Source: Auanema rhodensis (Eukaryota > Animalia > Nematoda). Taken from it: DNA of 64,000 bases. A program made the position numbers and the translations under genes. The notes under the pieces were generated by a model. That model saw only the letters and a program-made list of their open reading frames with translations. It ran no database searches and was not told the origin of the DNA. Where the stretch lies: assembly GCA_964057225.1 (NCBI GenBank), contig OZ059896.1, forward strand, positions 3,162,001-3,226,000, given 5' to 3'. How positions within the stretch are numbered: the first letter of the stretch is position 1; the number at the start of each line of letters is the position of its first letter. Positions 41,150-56,100 of the stretch are shown here, piece after piece.

Positions 41150-44100
41150 ACAGGTTTCAAAAAAAGTAATATCAATTCATGGGAAAATCGAGTTTTAAAA
41201 GCAAAGAAGAAGTATCAAGAAGGATTTTCAGTAAGAAAACATGAAGAAATTTTCAAGAATACAAAGAAGAATGAGAAAATTATCAAGAGATGTACAAAAT
41301 ATACTAGAGTAAAATATTATTTATTCCATGAACATGATACGAAAGAAAGTTATGACAAGTCATGGTAAAATCAAGTATTAAAAACAAAAAAAAGTATCAA
41401 GAAGCATTTTCAGTAAGAAAACATGAAGAAATTTTAACAAATACAAAAAAGAATGAGAAAATTATCGAAAGATGCTTAACATATTATAGAGTATCAGTAA
41501 ACATTTAAAATATGAACAGGTTTCAAAAAAAGTAATATCATTTCATGGGGAAGTATTAAAAGCAAAGAAGAAGTATCAAGAAGGATTTTCAATAAGAAAA
41601 CATGAAGAAATTTTAACAAATACAAAAAAGAATGAGAAAATTATCGAAAGATGCATAACATATTATAGAGTATCAGTAAACATTTGGAATATGAACAGGT
41701 TTCAAAAAAAGTTATAACAAGTCATGGTAAAATCAAGTTTTAAAAGCAAAGAAGAAGTATCAAGAAGGATTTTCAGTAAGAAAACATGAAGAAATTTTAA
41801 CAAATACAAAGAAGAATGAAAAAATTATCAAGAGATGCATAACGTATTATAGAGTATCAGTAAACATTTTAAATATGAACAGGTTTCAAAAAAAGTTATA
41901 ACAAGTCATGGTAAAATCAAGTTTTAAAAGCAAAGAAGAAGTATCAAGAAGGATTTTCAGTAAGAAAACATGAAGAAATTTTAACAAATACAAATAAGAA
42001 TGAGAAAATTATCAAGAAATGTACAAAGTATACTAGAGTAAACTATTATTTATTCCATGAACAGGATACGAAAGAAAGTTATAACAAGTCATGGTAAAAT
42101 CAAGTATTAAAAACAAAAAAAAAGTATCAAGAAGCATTTTCAGTAAGAAAACATGAAGAAATTTTAACAAATACAAATAAGAATGAGAAAATTATCAAGA
42201 AATGTACAAAGTATACTAGAGTAAATAATTATTTACTACATGAACAAGATACGAAAGAAAGTAATATCAAGTCATGATAAAATCAAGTATTAAAAACAAA
42301 GAAGAAGTATCAAGTAGGATTTTCAATAAGAAAACATGAAGAAATTTTAACAAATACAAAGAAGAATGAGAAAATTATCAAGAAATGTATAACGTATTAG
42401 GCGCTGGTATTGTTTCGCCCACCCCCCCCCCCCCTAATAATCAGAGAGTTAACATTAGAGCGCGCTTATAACATTTTGGGGACACACCAGCTTTGCATAA
42501 ACTAGCGGGAGTGCTCTATCCCAGATCCGGGGGGTCTGGGGGGGTATCCCCCCCAGATAGAGAAAGCTTCAACAAAATTTAGAAGTATTAAACTCGCAGA
42601 AATGAGACTGTATTTTCGAGTAAATAACGCATGATCTAAGATAACATTTTGGGCACGCACTAGCTTTGCATAAACCAGCGGGAGTGCTCTATCCCAAATC
42701 CGGGGGGTCTGGGGGGGTATCCCCCCCAGATAGAGAGAGCTTCAACAAAATTTAAAAGTATTAAAAGTATCAGAGAGAGCACTCCCACTCGCAGAGATGA
42801 GACTCTTTATTTTCAGGTAAAAAACGCATGCGCTCTAATGTTAACTCTTAGGGGGGGGGGGGTGGGCGAAACGATACCAGCCCCACGTATTATAGAGTAT
42901 CAGTAAACATTTAAAATATGAACAGGTTTCAAAAAAAGTAATATCATTTCATGGGGAAGTATTAAAAGCAAAGAAGAAGTATCAAGAAGGATTTTCAATA
43001 AGAAAACATGAAGAAATTTTAACAAATACAAAGAAGAATGAGAAAATTATCAAGAAATGTATAACGTATTATAGAGTATCAGTAAACATTTAAAATATGA
43101 ACAGGTTTCAAAAAAAGTAATATCAATTCATGGGAAAATCGAGTTTTAAAAGCAAAGAAGAAGTATCAAGAAGGATTTTCAGTAAGAAAACATGAAGAAA
43201 TTTTTAAGAATACAAAGAAGAATGAGAAAATTATCAAGAAATGTACAAAGTATACTAGAGTAAATAATTATTTACTACATGAACAAGATACGAAAGAAAG
43301 TAATATCAAGTCATGATAAAATCAAGTTTTAAAAACAAAAAAAAGTATCAAGAAGCATTTTCAGTAAGAAAACATGAAGAAATTTTAACAAATACAAATA
43401 AGAATGAGAAAATTATCAAGAGATATATAACGTACTATAGAGTATCAGTAAACATTTTAAATATGAACAGGTTTCAAAAAAAGTTATAACAAGTCATGGT
43501 AAAATCAAGTTTTAAAAGCAAAGAAGAAGTATCAAGAAGGATTTTCAGTAAGAAAACATGAAGAAATTTTAACAAATACAAAAAAGAATGACAAAATTAT
43601 CGAAAGATGTACAAAGTATACTAGAGTATCAGTAAACATTTAAAATATGAACAGGTTTCAACAAAAGTAAAATCAAGTCATGATAAAATCAAGTATTAAA
43701 AACAAAAAAAAAGTATCAAGAAGCATTTTCAGTAAGAAAACAGGAAGAAATTTTAACAAATACAAAAAAGAATGAGAAAATTATCAAGAGATGTACAAAA
43801 TATACTAGAGTAAAATATTATTTATTCCATGAACATGATACGAAAGAAAGTTATAACAAGTCATGGTAAAATCAAGTATTAAAAACAAAAAAAAGTATCA
43901 AGAAGCATCTTCAGTAGGAAAACATGAAGAAATTTTAACAAATACACAGAAGAATGAGAAAATTATCAAGAGATATATAACGTACTATAGAGTATCAGTA
44001 AACATTTTAAATATGAACAGGTTTCAAAAAAAGTTATAACAAGTCATGGTAAAATCAAGTTTTAAAAGCAAAGAAGAAGTATCAAGAAGGATTTTCAGTA

Positions 44101-47100
44101 AGAAAACATGAAGAAATTTTAACAAATACAAAAAAGAATGAGAAAATTATCGAAAGATGCATAACATATTATAGAGTATCAGTAAACATTTGGAATATGA
44201 ACAGGTTTCAAAAAAAGTTATAACAAGTCATGGTAAAATCAAGTTTTAAAAGCAAAGAAGAAGTATCAAGAAGGATTTTCAGTAAGAAAACATGAAGAAA
44301 TTTTAACAAATACAAAGAAGAATGAGAAAATTATCGAAAGATGTACAAATTATACTAGAGTATCAGTAAACATTTAAAATATGAACAGGTTTCAACAAAA
44401 GTAATATCAAGTCATGATAAAATCAAGTATTAAAAACAAAAAAAAAGTATCAAGAAGGATTTTCAGTAAGAAAACATGAAGAAATTTTAACAAATACAAA
44501 GAAGAATGAAAAAATTATCAAGAGATGCATAACGTATTATAGAGTATCAGTAAACATTTTAAATATGAACAGGTTTCAAAAAAAGTTATAACAAGTCATG
44601 GTAAAATCAAGTTTTAAAAGCAAAGAAGAAGTATCAAGAAGGATTTTCAGTAAGAAAACATGAAGAAATTTTAACAAATACAAAAAAGAATGAGAAAATT
44701 ATCAAGAAATGTACAAAGTATACTAGAGTAAATAATTATTTACTACATGAACAAGATACGAAAGAAAGTAATATCAAGTCATGATAAAATCAAGTTTTAA
44801 AAACAAAAAAAAGTATCAAGAAGCATTTTCAGTAAGAAAACATGAAGAAATTTTAACAAATACAAATAAGAATGAGAAAATTATCAAGAGATATATAACG
44901 TACTATAGAGTATCAGTAAACATTTTAAATATGAACAGGTTTCAAAAAAAGTTATAACAAGTCATGGTAAAATCAAGTTTTAAAAGCAAAGAAGAAGTAT
45001 CAAGAAGGATTTTCAGTAAGAAAACATGAAGAAATTTTAACAAATACAAAAAAGAATGACAAAATTATCGAAAGATGTACAAAGTATACTAGAGTATCAG
45101 TAAACATTTAAAATATGAACAGGTTTCAACAAAAGTAAAATCAAGTCATGATAAAATCAAGTATTAAAAACAAAAAAAAAGTATCAAGAAGCATTTTCAG
45201 TAAGAAAACAGGAAGAAATTTTAACAAATACAAAAAAGAATGAGAAAATTATCAAGAGATGTACAAAATATACTAGAGTAAAATATTATTTATTCCATGA
45301 ACATGATACGAAAGAAAGTTATAACAAGTCATGGTAAAATCAAGTATTAAAAACAAAAAAAAGTATCAAGAAGCATCTTCAGTAGGAAAACATGAAGAAA
45401 TTTTAACAAATACACAGAAGAATGAGAAAATTATCAAGAGATATATAACGTACTATAGAGTATCAGTAAACATTTTAAATATGAACAGGTTTCAAAAAAA
45501 GTTATAACAAGTCATGGTAAAATCAAGTTTTAAAAGCAAAGAAGAAGTATCAAGAAGGATTTTCAGTAAGAAAACATGAAGAAATTTTAACAAATACAAA
45601 AAAGAATGAGAAAATTATCGAAAGATGCATAACATATTATAGAGTATCAGTAAACATTTGGAATATGAACAGGTTTCAAAAAAAGTTATAACAAGTCATG
45701 GTAAAATCAAGTTTTAAAAGCAAAGAAGAAGTATCAAGAAGGATTTTCAGTAAGAAAACATGAAGAAATTTTAACAAATACAAAGAAGAATGAGAAAATT
45801 ATCGAAAGATGTACAAATTATACTAGAGTATCAGTAAACATTTAAAATATGAACAGGTTTCAACAAAAGTAATATCAAGTCATGATAAAATCAAGTATTA
45901 AAAACAAAAAAAAAGTATCAAGAAGGATTTTCAGTAAGAAAACATGAAGAAATTTTAACAAATACAAAGAAGAATGAAAAAATTATCAAGAGATGCATAA
46001 CGTATTATAGAGTATCAGTAAACATTTTAAATATGAACAGGTTTCAAAAAAAGTTATAACAAGTCATGGTAAAATCAAGTTTTAAAAGCAAAGAAGAAGT
46101 ATCAAGAAGGATTTTCAGTAAGAAAACATGAAGAAATTTTAACAAATACAAAAAAGAATGAGAAAATTATCGAAAGATGCATAACATATTATAGAGTATC
46201 AGTAAACATTTAAAATATGAACAGGTTTCAAAAAAAGTAATATCATTTCATGGGGAAGTATTAAAAGCAAAGAAGAAGTATCAAGAAGGATTTTCAATAA
46301 GAAAACATGAAGAAATTTTAACAAATACAAAGAAGAATGAGAAAATTATCAAGAAATGTATAACGTATTATAGAGTATCAGTAAACATTTAAAATATGAA
46401 CAGGTTTCAAAAAAAGTAATATCAATTCATGGGAAAATCGAGTTTTAAAAGCAAAGAAGAAGTATCAAGAAGGATTTTCAGTAAGAAAACATGAAGAAAT
46501 TTTCAAGAATACAAAGAAGAATGAGAAAATTATCAGGAGATGTACAAAGTATACTAGAGTAAACTATTATTTATTCCATGAACAGGATACGAAAGAAAGT
46601 TATAACAAGTCATGGTAAAATCAAGTATTAAAAACAAAAAAAAGTATCAAGAAGCATTTTCAGTAAGAAAACATGAAGAAATTTTAACAAATACAAATAA
46701 GAATGAGAAAATTATCAAGAGATATATAACGTACTATAGAGTATCAGTAAACATTTTAAATATGAACAGGTTTCAAAAAAAGTTATAACAAGTCATGGTA
46801 AAATCAAGTTTTAAAAGCAAAGAAGAAGTATCAAGAAGGATTTTCAGTAAGAAAACATGAAGAAATTTTAACAAATACAAATAAGAATGAGAAAATTATC
46901 AAGAAATGTACAAAGTATACTAGAGTAAACTATTATTTATTCCATGAACAGGATACGAAAGAAAGTTATAACAAGTCATGGTAAAATCAAGTATTAAAAA
47001 CAAAAAAAAAGTATCAAGAAGCATTTTCAGTAAGAAAACATGAAGAAATTTTAACAAATACAAATAAGAATGAGAAAATTATCAAGAAATGTACAAAGTA

Positions 47101-50100
47101 TACTAGAGTAAATAATTATTTACTACATGAACAAGATACGAAAGAAAGTAATATCAAGTCATGATAAAATCAAGTATTAAAAACAAAGAAGAAGTATCAA
47201 GAAGGATTTTCAATAAGAAAACATGAAGAAATTTTAACAAATACAAAGAAGAATGAGAAAATTATCAAGAAATGTATAACGTATTATAGAGTATCAGTAA
47301 ACATTTAAAATATGAACAGGTTTCAAAAAAAGTAATATCAATTCATGGGAAAATCGAGTTTTAAAAGCAAAGAAGAAGTATCAAGAAGGATTTTCAGTAA
47401 GAAAACATGAAGAAATTTTTAAGAATACAAAGAAGAATGAGAAAATTATCAAGAAATGTACAAAGTATACTAGAGTAAATAATTATTTACTACATGAACA
47501 AGATACGAAAGAAAGTAATATCAAGTCATGATAAAATCAAGTTTTAAAAACAAAAAAAAGTATCAAGAAGCATTTTCAGTAAGAAAACATGAAGAAATTT
47601 TAACAAATACAAATAAGAATGAGAAAATTATCAAGAGATATATAACGTACTATAGAGTATCAGTAAACATTTTAAATATGAACAGGTTTCAAAAAAAGTT
47701 ATAACAAGTCATGGTAAAATCAAGTTTTAAAAGCAAAGAAGAAGTATCAAGAAGGATTTTCAGTAAGAAAACATGAAGAAATTTTAACAAATACAAAAAA
47801 GAATGACAAAATTATCGAAAGATGTACAAAGTATACTAGAGTATCAGTAAACATTTAAAATATGAACAGGTTTCAACAAAAGTAAAATCAAGTCATGATA
47901 AAATCAAGTATTAAAAACAAAAAAAAAGTATCAAGAAGCATTTTCAGTAAGAAAACAGGAAGAAATTTTAACAAATACAAAAAAGAATGAGAAAATTATC
48001 AAGAGATGTACAAAATATACTAGAGTAAAATATTATTTATTCCATGAACATGATACGAAAGAAAGTTATAACAAGTCATGGTAAAATCAAGTATTAAAAA
48101 CAAAAAAAAGTATCAAGAAGCATCTTCAGTAGGAAAACATGAAGAAATTTTAACAAATACACAGAAGAATGAGAAAATTATCAAGAGATATATAACGTAC
48201 TATAGAGTATCAGTAAACATTTTAAATATGAACAGGTTTCAAAAAAAGTTATAACAAGTCATGGTAAAATCAAGTTTTAAAAGCAAAGAAGAAGTATCAA
48301 GAAGGATTTTCAGTAAGAAAACATGAAGAAATTTTAACAAATACAAAAAAGAATGAGAAAATTATCGAAATATGCATAACATATTATAGAGTATCAGTAA
48401 ACATTTGGAATATGAACAGGTTTCAAAAAAAGTAATATCAATTCATGGGGAAGTATTAAAAGCAGAGAAGAAGTATCAAGAAGGATTTTCAGTAAGAAAA
48501 CATGAAGAAATTTTAACAAATACAAAGAAGAATGAAAAAATTATCAAGAGATGCATAACGTATTATAGAGTATCAGTAAACATTTAAAATATGAACAGAT
48601 TTCGAAAAAAGTAATATCATTTCATGGGGAAGTATTAAAAGCAAAGAAGAAGTATCAAGAAGGATTTTCAATAAGAAAACATGAAGAAATTTCAACAAAT
48701 ACAAATAAGAATGAGAAAATTATCAAGAGATATATAACGTACTATAGAGTATCAGTAAACATTTTAAATATAAACAGGTTTCAAAAAAAGTTATAACAAG
48801 TCATGGTAAAATCAAGTTTTAAAAGCAAAGAAGAAGTATCAAGAAGGATTTTCAATAAGAAAACATGAAGATATTTCAACAAATACAAATAAGAATGAGA
48901 AAATTATCAAGAGATATATAACGTACTATAGAGTATCAGTAAACATTTTAAATATGAACAGGTTTCAAAAAAAGTTATAACAAGTCATGGTAAAATCAAG
49001 TTTTAAAAGAAAAGAAGAAGTATCAAGAAGGATTTTCAGTAAGAAAACATGAAGAAATTTTAACAAATACAAAAAAGAATGAGAAAATTATCGAAAGATG
49101 CATAACATATTATAGAGTATCAGTAAACATTTTAAATATGAACAGGTTTCAAAAAAAGTTATAACAAGTCATGGTAAAATCAAGTTTTAAAAGCAAAGAA
49201 GAAGTATCAAGAAGGATTTTCAGTAAGAAAACATGAAGAAATTTTAACAAATACAAAAAAGAATGAGAAAATTATCGAAATATGCATAACATATTATAGA
49301 GTATCAGTAAACATTTGGAATATGAACAGGTTTCAAAAAAAGTAATATCAATTCATGGGGAAGTATTAAAAGCAGAGAAGAAGTATCAAGAAGGATTTTC
49401 AGTAAGAAAACATGAAGAAATTTTAACAAATACAAAGAAGAATGAAAAAATTATCAAGAGATGCATAACGTATTATAGAGTATCAGTAAACATTTGAAAT
49501 ATGAACAGGTTTCAAAAAAAGTAATATCAATTCATGGGGAAGTATTAAAAGCAGAGAAGAAGTATCAAGAAGGATTTTCAGTAAGAAAACATGAAGAAAT
49601 TTTTAACAAATACAAAGAAGAATGAAAAAATTATCAAGAGATGCATAACGTATTATAGAGTATCAGTAAACATTTAAAATATGAACAGGTTTCAAAAAAA
49701 GTTATAACAAATCATGGTAAAATCAAGTTTTAAAAGCAAAGAAGAAGTATCAAGAAGGATTTTCAATAAGAAAACATGAAGATATTTCAACAAATACAAA
49801 TAAGAATGAGAAAATTATCAAGAGATATATAACGTACTATAGAGTATCAGTAAACATTTTAAATATGAACAGGTTTCAAAAAAAGTTATAACAAGTCATG
49901 GTAAAATCAAGTTTTAAAAGAAAAGAAGAAGTATCAAGAAGGATTTTCAGTAAGAAAACATGAAGAAATTTTAACAAATACAAAAAAGAATGAGAAAATT
50001 ATCGAAAGATGCATAACATATTATAGAGTATCAGTAAACATTTGAAATATGAACAGGTTTCAAAAAAAGTAATATCAATTCATGGGGAAGTATTAAAAGC

Positions 50101-53100
50101 AGAGAAGAAGTATCAAGAAGGATTTTCAGTAAGAAAACATGAAGAAATTTTAACAAATACAAAGAAGAATGAAAAAATTATCAAGAGATGCATAACGTAT
50201 AATAGAGTATCAGTAAACATTTAAAATATGAACAGGTTTCAAAAAAAGTAATATCATTTCATGGGGAAGTATTAAAAGCGAAGAAGAAGTATCAAGAAGG
50301 ATTTTCAATAAGAAAACATGAAGAAATTTCAACAAATACAAATAAGAATGAGAAAATTATCAAGAGATGTACAAAGTATACTAGAGTAAACTATTATTTA
50401 TTCCATGAACATGATACGAAAGAAAGTAATATCAAGTCAAGGTAAAATCAAGTATTAAAAACAAAAAAAAGTATCAAGAAGCATTTTCAGTAAGATAACA
50501 TGAAGAAATTTCAACAAATACAAATAAGAATGAGAAAATTATCAAGAGATGTATAACATATTATAGAGTATCAGTAAACATTTAAAATATGAACAGGTTT
50601 CAAAAAAGGTAATATCATTTCATGGGGAAGTATTAAAAGCAAAGAAGAAGTAACAAGAAGGATTTTCAATAAGAAAACATGAAGAAATTTCAACAAATAC
50701 AAATAAGAATGAGAAAATTATCAAGAGATATATAACGTACTATAGAGTATCAGTAAACATTTTAAATATGAACAGGTTTCAAAAAAAGTTATAACAAGTC
50801 ATGGTAAAATCAAGTTTTAAAAGCAAAGAAGAAGTATCAAGAAGGATTTTCAGTAAGAAAACATGAAGAAATTTTAACAAATACAAAAAAGAATGAGAAA
50901 ATTATCGAAAGATGCATAACATATTATAGAGTATCAGTAAACATTTAAAATATGAACAGGTTTCAAAAAAAGTAATATCATTTCATGGGGAAGTATTAAA
51001 AGCGAAGAAGAAGTATCAAGAAGGATTTTCAATAAGAAAACATGAAGAAATTTCAACAAATACAAATAAGAATGAGAAAATTATCAAGAGATGTACAAAG
51101 TATACTAGAGTAAACTATTATTTATTCCATGAACATGATACGAAAGAAAGTAATATCAAGTCAAGGTAAAATCAAGTATTAAAAACAAAAAAAAGTATCA
51201 AGAAGCATTTTCAGTAAGATAACATGAAGAAATTTCAACAAATACAAATAAGAATGAGAAAATTATCAAGAGATGTATAACATATTATAGAGTATCAGTA
51301 AACATTTAAAATATGAACAGGTTTCAAAAAAGGTAATATCAATTCATGGGTAAGTATTAAAAGCAGAGAAGAAGTAACAAGAAGGATTTTCAATAAGAAA
51401 ACATGAAGAAATTTCAACAAATACAAATAAGAATGAGAAAATTATCAAGAGATATATAACGTACTATAGAGTATCAGTAAACATTTTAAATATGAACAGG
51501 TTTCAAAAAAAGTTATAACAAGTCATGGTAAAATCAAGTTTTAAAAGCAAAGAAGAAGTATCAAGAAGGATTTTCAGTAAGAAAACATGAAGAAATTTTA
51601 ACAAATACAAAAAAGAATGAGAAAATTATCGAAAGATGCATAACATATTATAGAGTATCAGTAAACATTTGAAATATGAACAGGTTTCAAAAAAAGTAAT
51701 ATCAATTCATGGGGAAGTATTAAAAGCAGAGAAGAAGTATCAAGAAGGATTTTCAGTAAGAAAACATGAAGAAATTTTAACAAATACAAAGAAGAATGAA
51801 AAAATTATCAAGAGATGCATAACGTATAATAGAGTATCAGTAAACATTTAAAATATGAACAGGTTTCAAAAAAAGTAATATCATTTCATGGGGAAGTATT
51901 AAAAGCAAAGAAGAAGTATCAAGAAGGATTTTCAATAAGAAAACATGAAGAAATTTCAACAAATACAAATAAGAATGAGAAAATTATCAAGAGATGTATA
52001 ACATATTATAGAGTATCAGTAAACATTTAAAATATGAACAGGTTTCAAAAAAAGTAATATCAATTCATGGGAAAATCGAGTTTTAAAAGCAAAGAAGAAG
52101 TATCAAGAAGGATTTTCAGTAAGAAAACATGAAGAAATTTTCAAGAATACAAAGAAGAATGAGAAAATTATCAAGAGATGTACAAAATATACTAGAGTAA
52201 AATATTATTTATTCCATGAACATGATACGAAAGAAAGTTATGACAAGTCATGGTAAAATCAAGTATTAAAAACAAAAAAAAGTATCAAGAAGCATTTTCA
52301 GTAAGAAAACATGAAGAAATTTTAACAAATACAAAAAAGAATGAGAAAATTATCGAAAGATGCTTAACATATTATAGAGTATCAGTAAACATTTAAAATA
52401 TGAACAGGTTTCAAAAAAAGTAATATCATTTCATGGGGAAGTATTAAAAGCAAAGAAGAAGTATCAAGAAGGATTTTCAATAAGAAAACATGAAGAAATT
52501 TTAACAAATACAAAAAAGAATGAGAAAATTATCGAAAGATGCATAACATATTATAGAGTATCAGTAAACATTTGGAATATGAACAGGTTTCAAAAAAAGT
52601 TATAACAAGTCATGGTAAAATCAAGTTTTAAAAGCAAAGAAGAAGTATCAAGAAGGATTTTCAGTAAGAAAACATGAAGAAATTTTAACAAATACAAAGA
52701 AGAATGAAAAAATTATCAAGAGATGCATAACGTATTATAGAGTATCAGTAAACATTTTAAATATGAACAGGTTTCAAAAAAAGTTATAACAAGTCATGGT
52801 AAAATCAAGTTTTAAAAGCAAAGAAGAAGTATCAAGAAGGATTTTCAGTAAGAAAACATGAAGAAATTTTAACAAATACAAATAAGAATGAGAAAATTAT
52901 CAAGAAATGTACAAAGTATACTAGAGTAAACTATTATTTATTCCATGAACAGGATACGAAAGAAAGTTATAACAAGTCATGGTAAAATCAAGTATTAAAA
53001 ACAAAAAAAAAGTATCAAGAAGCATTTTCAGTAAGAAAACATGAAGAAATTTTAACAAATACAAATAAGAATGAGAAAATTATCAAGAAATGTACAAAGT

Positions 53101-56100
53101 ATACTAGAGTAAATAATTATTTACTACATGAACAAGATACGAAAGAAAGTAATATCAAGTCATGATAAAATCAAGTATTAAAAACAAAGAAGAAGTATCA
53201 AGTAGGATTTTCAATAAGAAAACATGAAGAAATTTTAACAAATACAAAGAAGAATGAGAAAATTATCAAGAAATGTATAACGTATTATAGAGTATCAGTA
53301 AACATTTAAAATATGAACAGGTTTCAAAAAAAGTAATATCAATTCATGGGAAAATCGAGTTTTAAAAGCAAAGAAGAAGTATCAAGAAGGATTTTCAGTA
53401 AGAAAACATGAAGAAATTTTTAAGAATACAAAGAAGAATGAGAAAATTATCAAGAAATGTACAAAGTATACTAGAGTAAATAATTATTTACTACATGAAC
53501 AAGATACGAAAGAAAGTAATATCAAGTCATGATAAAATCAAGTTTTAAAAACAAAAAAAAGTATCAAGAAGCATTTTCAGTAAGAAAACATGAAGAAATT
53601 TTAACAAATACAAATAAGAATGAGAAAATTATCAAGAGATATATAACGTACTATAGAGTATCAGTAAACATTTTAAATATGAACAGGTTTCAAAAAAAGT
53701 TATAACAAGTCATGGTAAAATCAAGTTTTAAAAGCAAAGAAGAAGTATCAAGAAGGATTTTCAGTAAGAAAACATGAAGAAATTTTAACAAATACAAAAA
53801 AGAATGACAAAATTATCGAAAGATGTACAAAGTATACTAGAGTATCAGTAAACATTTAAAATATGAACAGGTTTCAACAAAAGTAAAATCAAGTCATGAT
53901 AAAATCAAGTATTAAAAACAAAAAAAAAGTATCAAGAAGCATTTTCAGTAAGAAAACAGGAAGAAATTTTAACAAATACAAAAAAGAATGAGAAAATTAT
54001 CAAGAGATGTACAAAATATACTAGAGTAAAATATTATTTATTCCATGAACATGATACGAAAGAAAGTTATAACAAGTCATGGTAAAATCAAGTATTAAAA
54101 ACAAAAAAAAGTATCAAGAAGCATCTTCAGTAGGAAAACATGAAGAAATTTTAACAAATACACAGAAGAATGAGAAAATTATCAAGAGATATATAACGTA
54201 CTATAGAGTATCAGTAAACATTTTAAATATGAACAGGTTTCAAAAAAAGTTATAACAAGTCATGGTAAAATCAAGTTTTAAAAGCAAAGAAGAAGTATCA
54301 AGAAGGATTTTCAGTAAGAAAACATGAAGAAATTTTAACAAATACAAAAAAGAATGAGAAAATTATCGAAAGATGCATAACATATTATAGAGTATCAGTA
54401 AACATTTGGAATATGAACAGGTTTCAAAAAAAGTTATAACAAGTCATGGTAAAATCAAGTTTTAAAAGCAAAGAAGAAGTATCAAGAAGGATTTTCAGTA
54501 AGAAAACATGAAGAAATTTTAACAAATACAAAGAAGAATGAGAAAATTATCGAAAGATGTACAAATTATACTAGAGTATCAGTAAACATTTAAAATATGA
54601 ACAGGTTTCAACAAAAGTAATATCAAGTCATGATAAAATCAAGTATTAAAAACAAAAAAAAAGTATCAAGAAGGATTTTCAGTAAGAAAACATGAAGAAA
54701 TTTTAACAAATACAAAGAAGAATGAAAAAATTATCAAGAGATGCATAACGTATTATAGAGTATCAGTAAACATTTTAAATATGAACAGGTTTCAAAAAAA
54801 GTTATAACAAGTCATGGTAAAATCAAGTTTTAAAAGCAAAGAAGAAGTATCAAGAAGGATTTTCAGTAAGAAAACATGAAGAAATTTTAACAAATACAAA
54901 AAAGAATGAGAAAATTATCAAGAAATGTACAAAGTATACTAGAGTAAATAATTATCTACTACATGAACAAGATACGAAAGAAAGTAATATCAAGTCATGA
55001 TAAAATCAAGTTTTAAAAACAAAAAAAAGTATCAAGAAGCATTTTCAGTAAGAAAACATGAAGAAATTTTAACAAATACAAATAAGAATGAGAAAATTAT
55101 CAAGAGATATATAACGTACTATAGAGTATCAGTAAACATTTTAAATATGAACAGGTTTCAAAAAAAGTTATAACAAGTCATGGTAAAATCAAGTTTTAAA
55201 AGCAAAGAAGAAGTATCAAGAAGGATTTTCAGTAAGAAAACATGAAGAAATTTTAACAAATACAAAAAAGAATGACAAAATTATCGAAAGATGTACAACG
55301 TATACTAGAGTATCAGTAAACATTTAAAATATGAACAGGTTTCAACAAAAGTAAAATCAAGTCATGATAAAATCAAGTATTAAAAACAAAAAAAAAGTAT
55401 CAAGAAGCATTTTCAGTAAGAAAACAGGAAGAAATTTTAACAAATACAAAAAAGAATGAGAAAATTATCAAGAGATGTACAAAATATACTAGAGTAAAAT
55501 ATTATTTATTCCATGAACATGATACGAAAGAAAGTTATAACAAGTCATGGTAAAATCAAGTATTAAAAACAAAAAAAAGTATCAAGAAGCATCTTCAGTA
55601 GGAAAACATGAAGAAATTTTAACAAATACACAGAAGAATGAGAAAATTATCAAGAGATATATAACGTACTATAGAGTATCAGTAAACATTTTAAATATGA
55701 ACAGGTTTCAAAAAAAGTTATAACAAGTCATGGTAAAATCAAGTTTTAAAAGCAAAGAAGAAGTATCAAGAAGGATTTTCAGTAAGAAAACATGAAGAAA
55801 TTTTAACAAATACAAAAAAGAATGAGAAAATTATCGAAAGATGCATAACATATTATAGAGTATCAGTAAACATTTGGAATATGAACAGGTTTCAAAAAAA
55901 GTTATAACAAGTCATGGTAAAATCAAGTTTTAAAAGCAAAGAAGAAGTATCAAGAAGGATTTTCAGTAAGAAAACATGAAGAAATTTTAACAAATACAAA
56001 GAAGAATGAGAAAATTATCGAAAGATGTACAAATTATACTAGAGTATCAGTAAACATTTAAAATATGAACAGGTTTCAACAAAAGTAATATCAAGTCATG

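Larger units (their letters stand above)
35650..43945 (+). repeat. About 3.96-kb tandem segmental duplication within satellite B (includes the MITE)
   Basis: Diagnostic variant GAATGACAAAA recurs at 35661, 39624 and 43590; other variants (GATGCTTAAC, TTATGACAAG, AAGTAGGATT) and the MITE recur at the same 3963-bp offset. Boundaries approximate. Confidence 0.85.
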
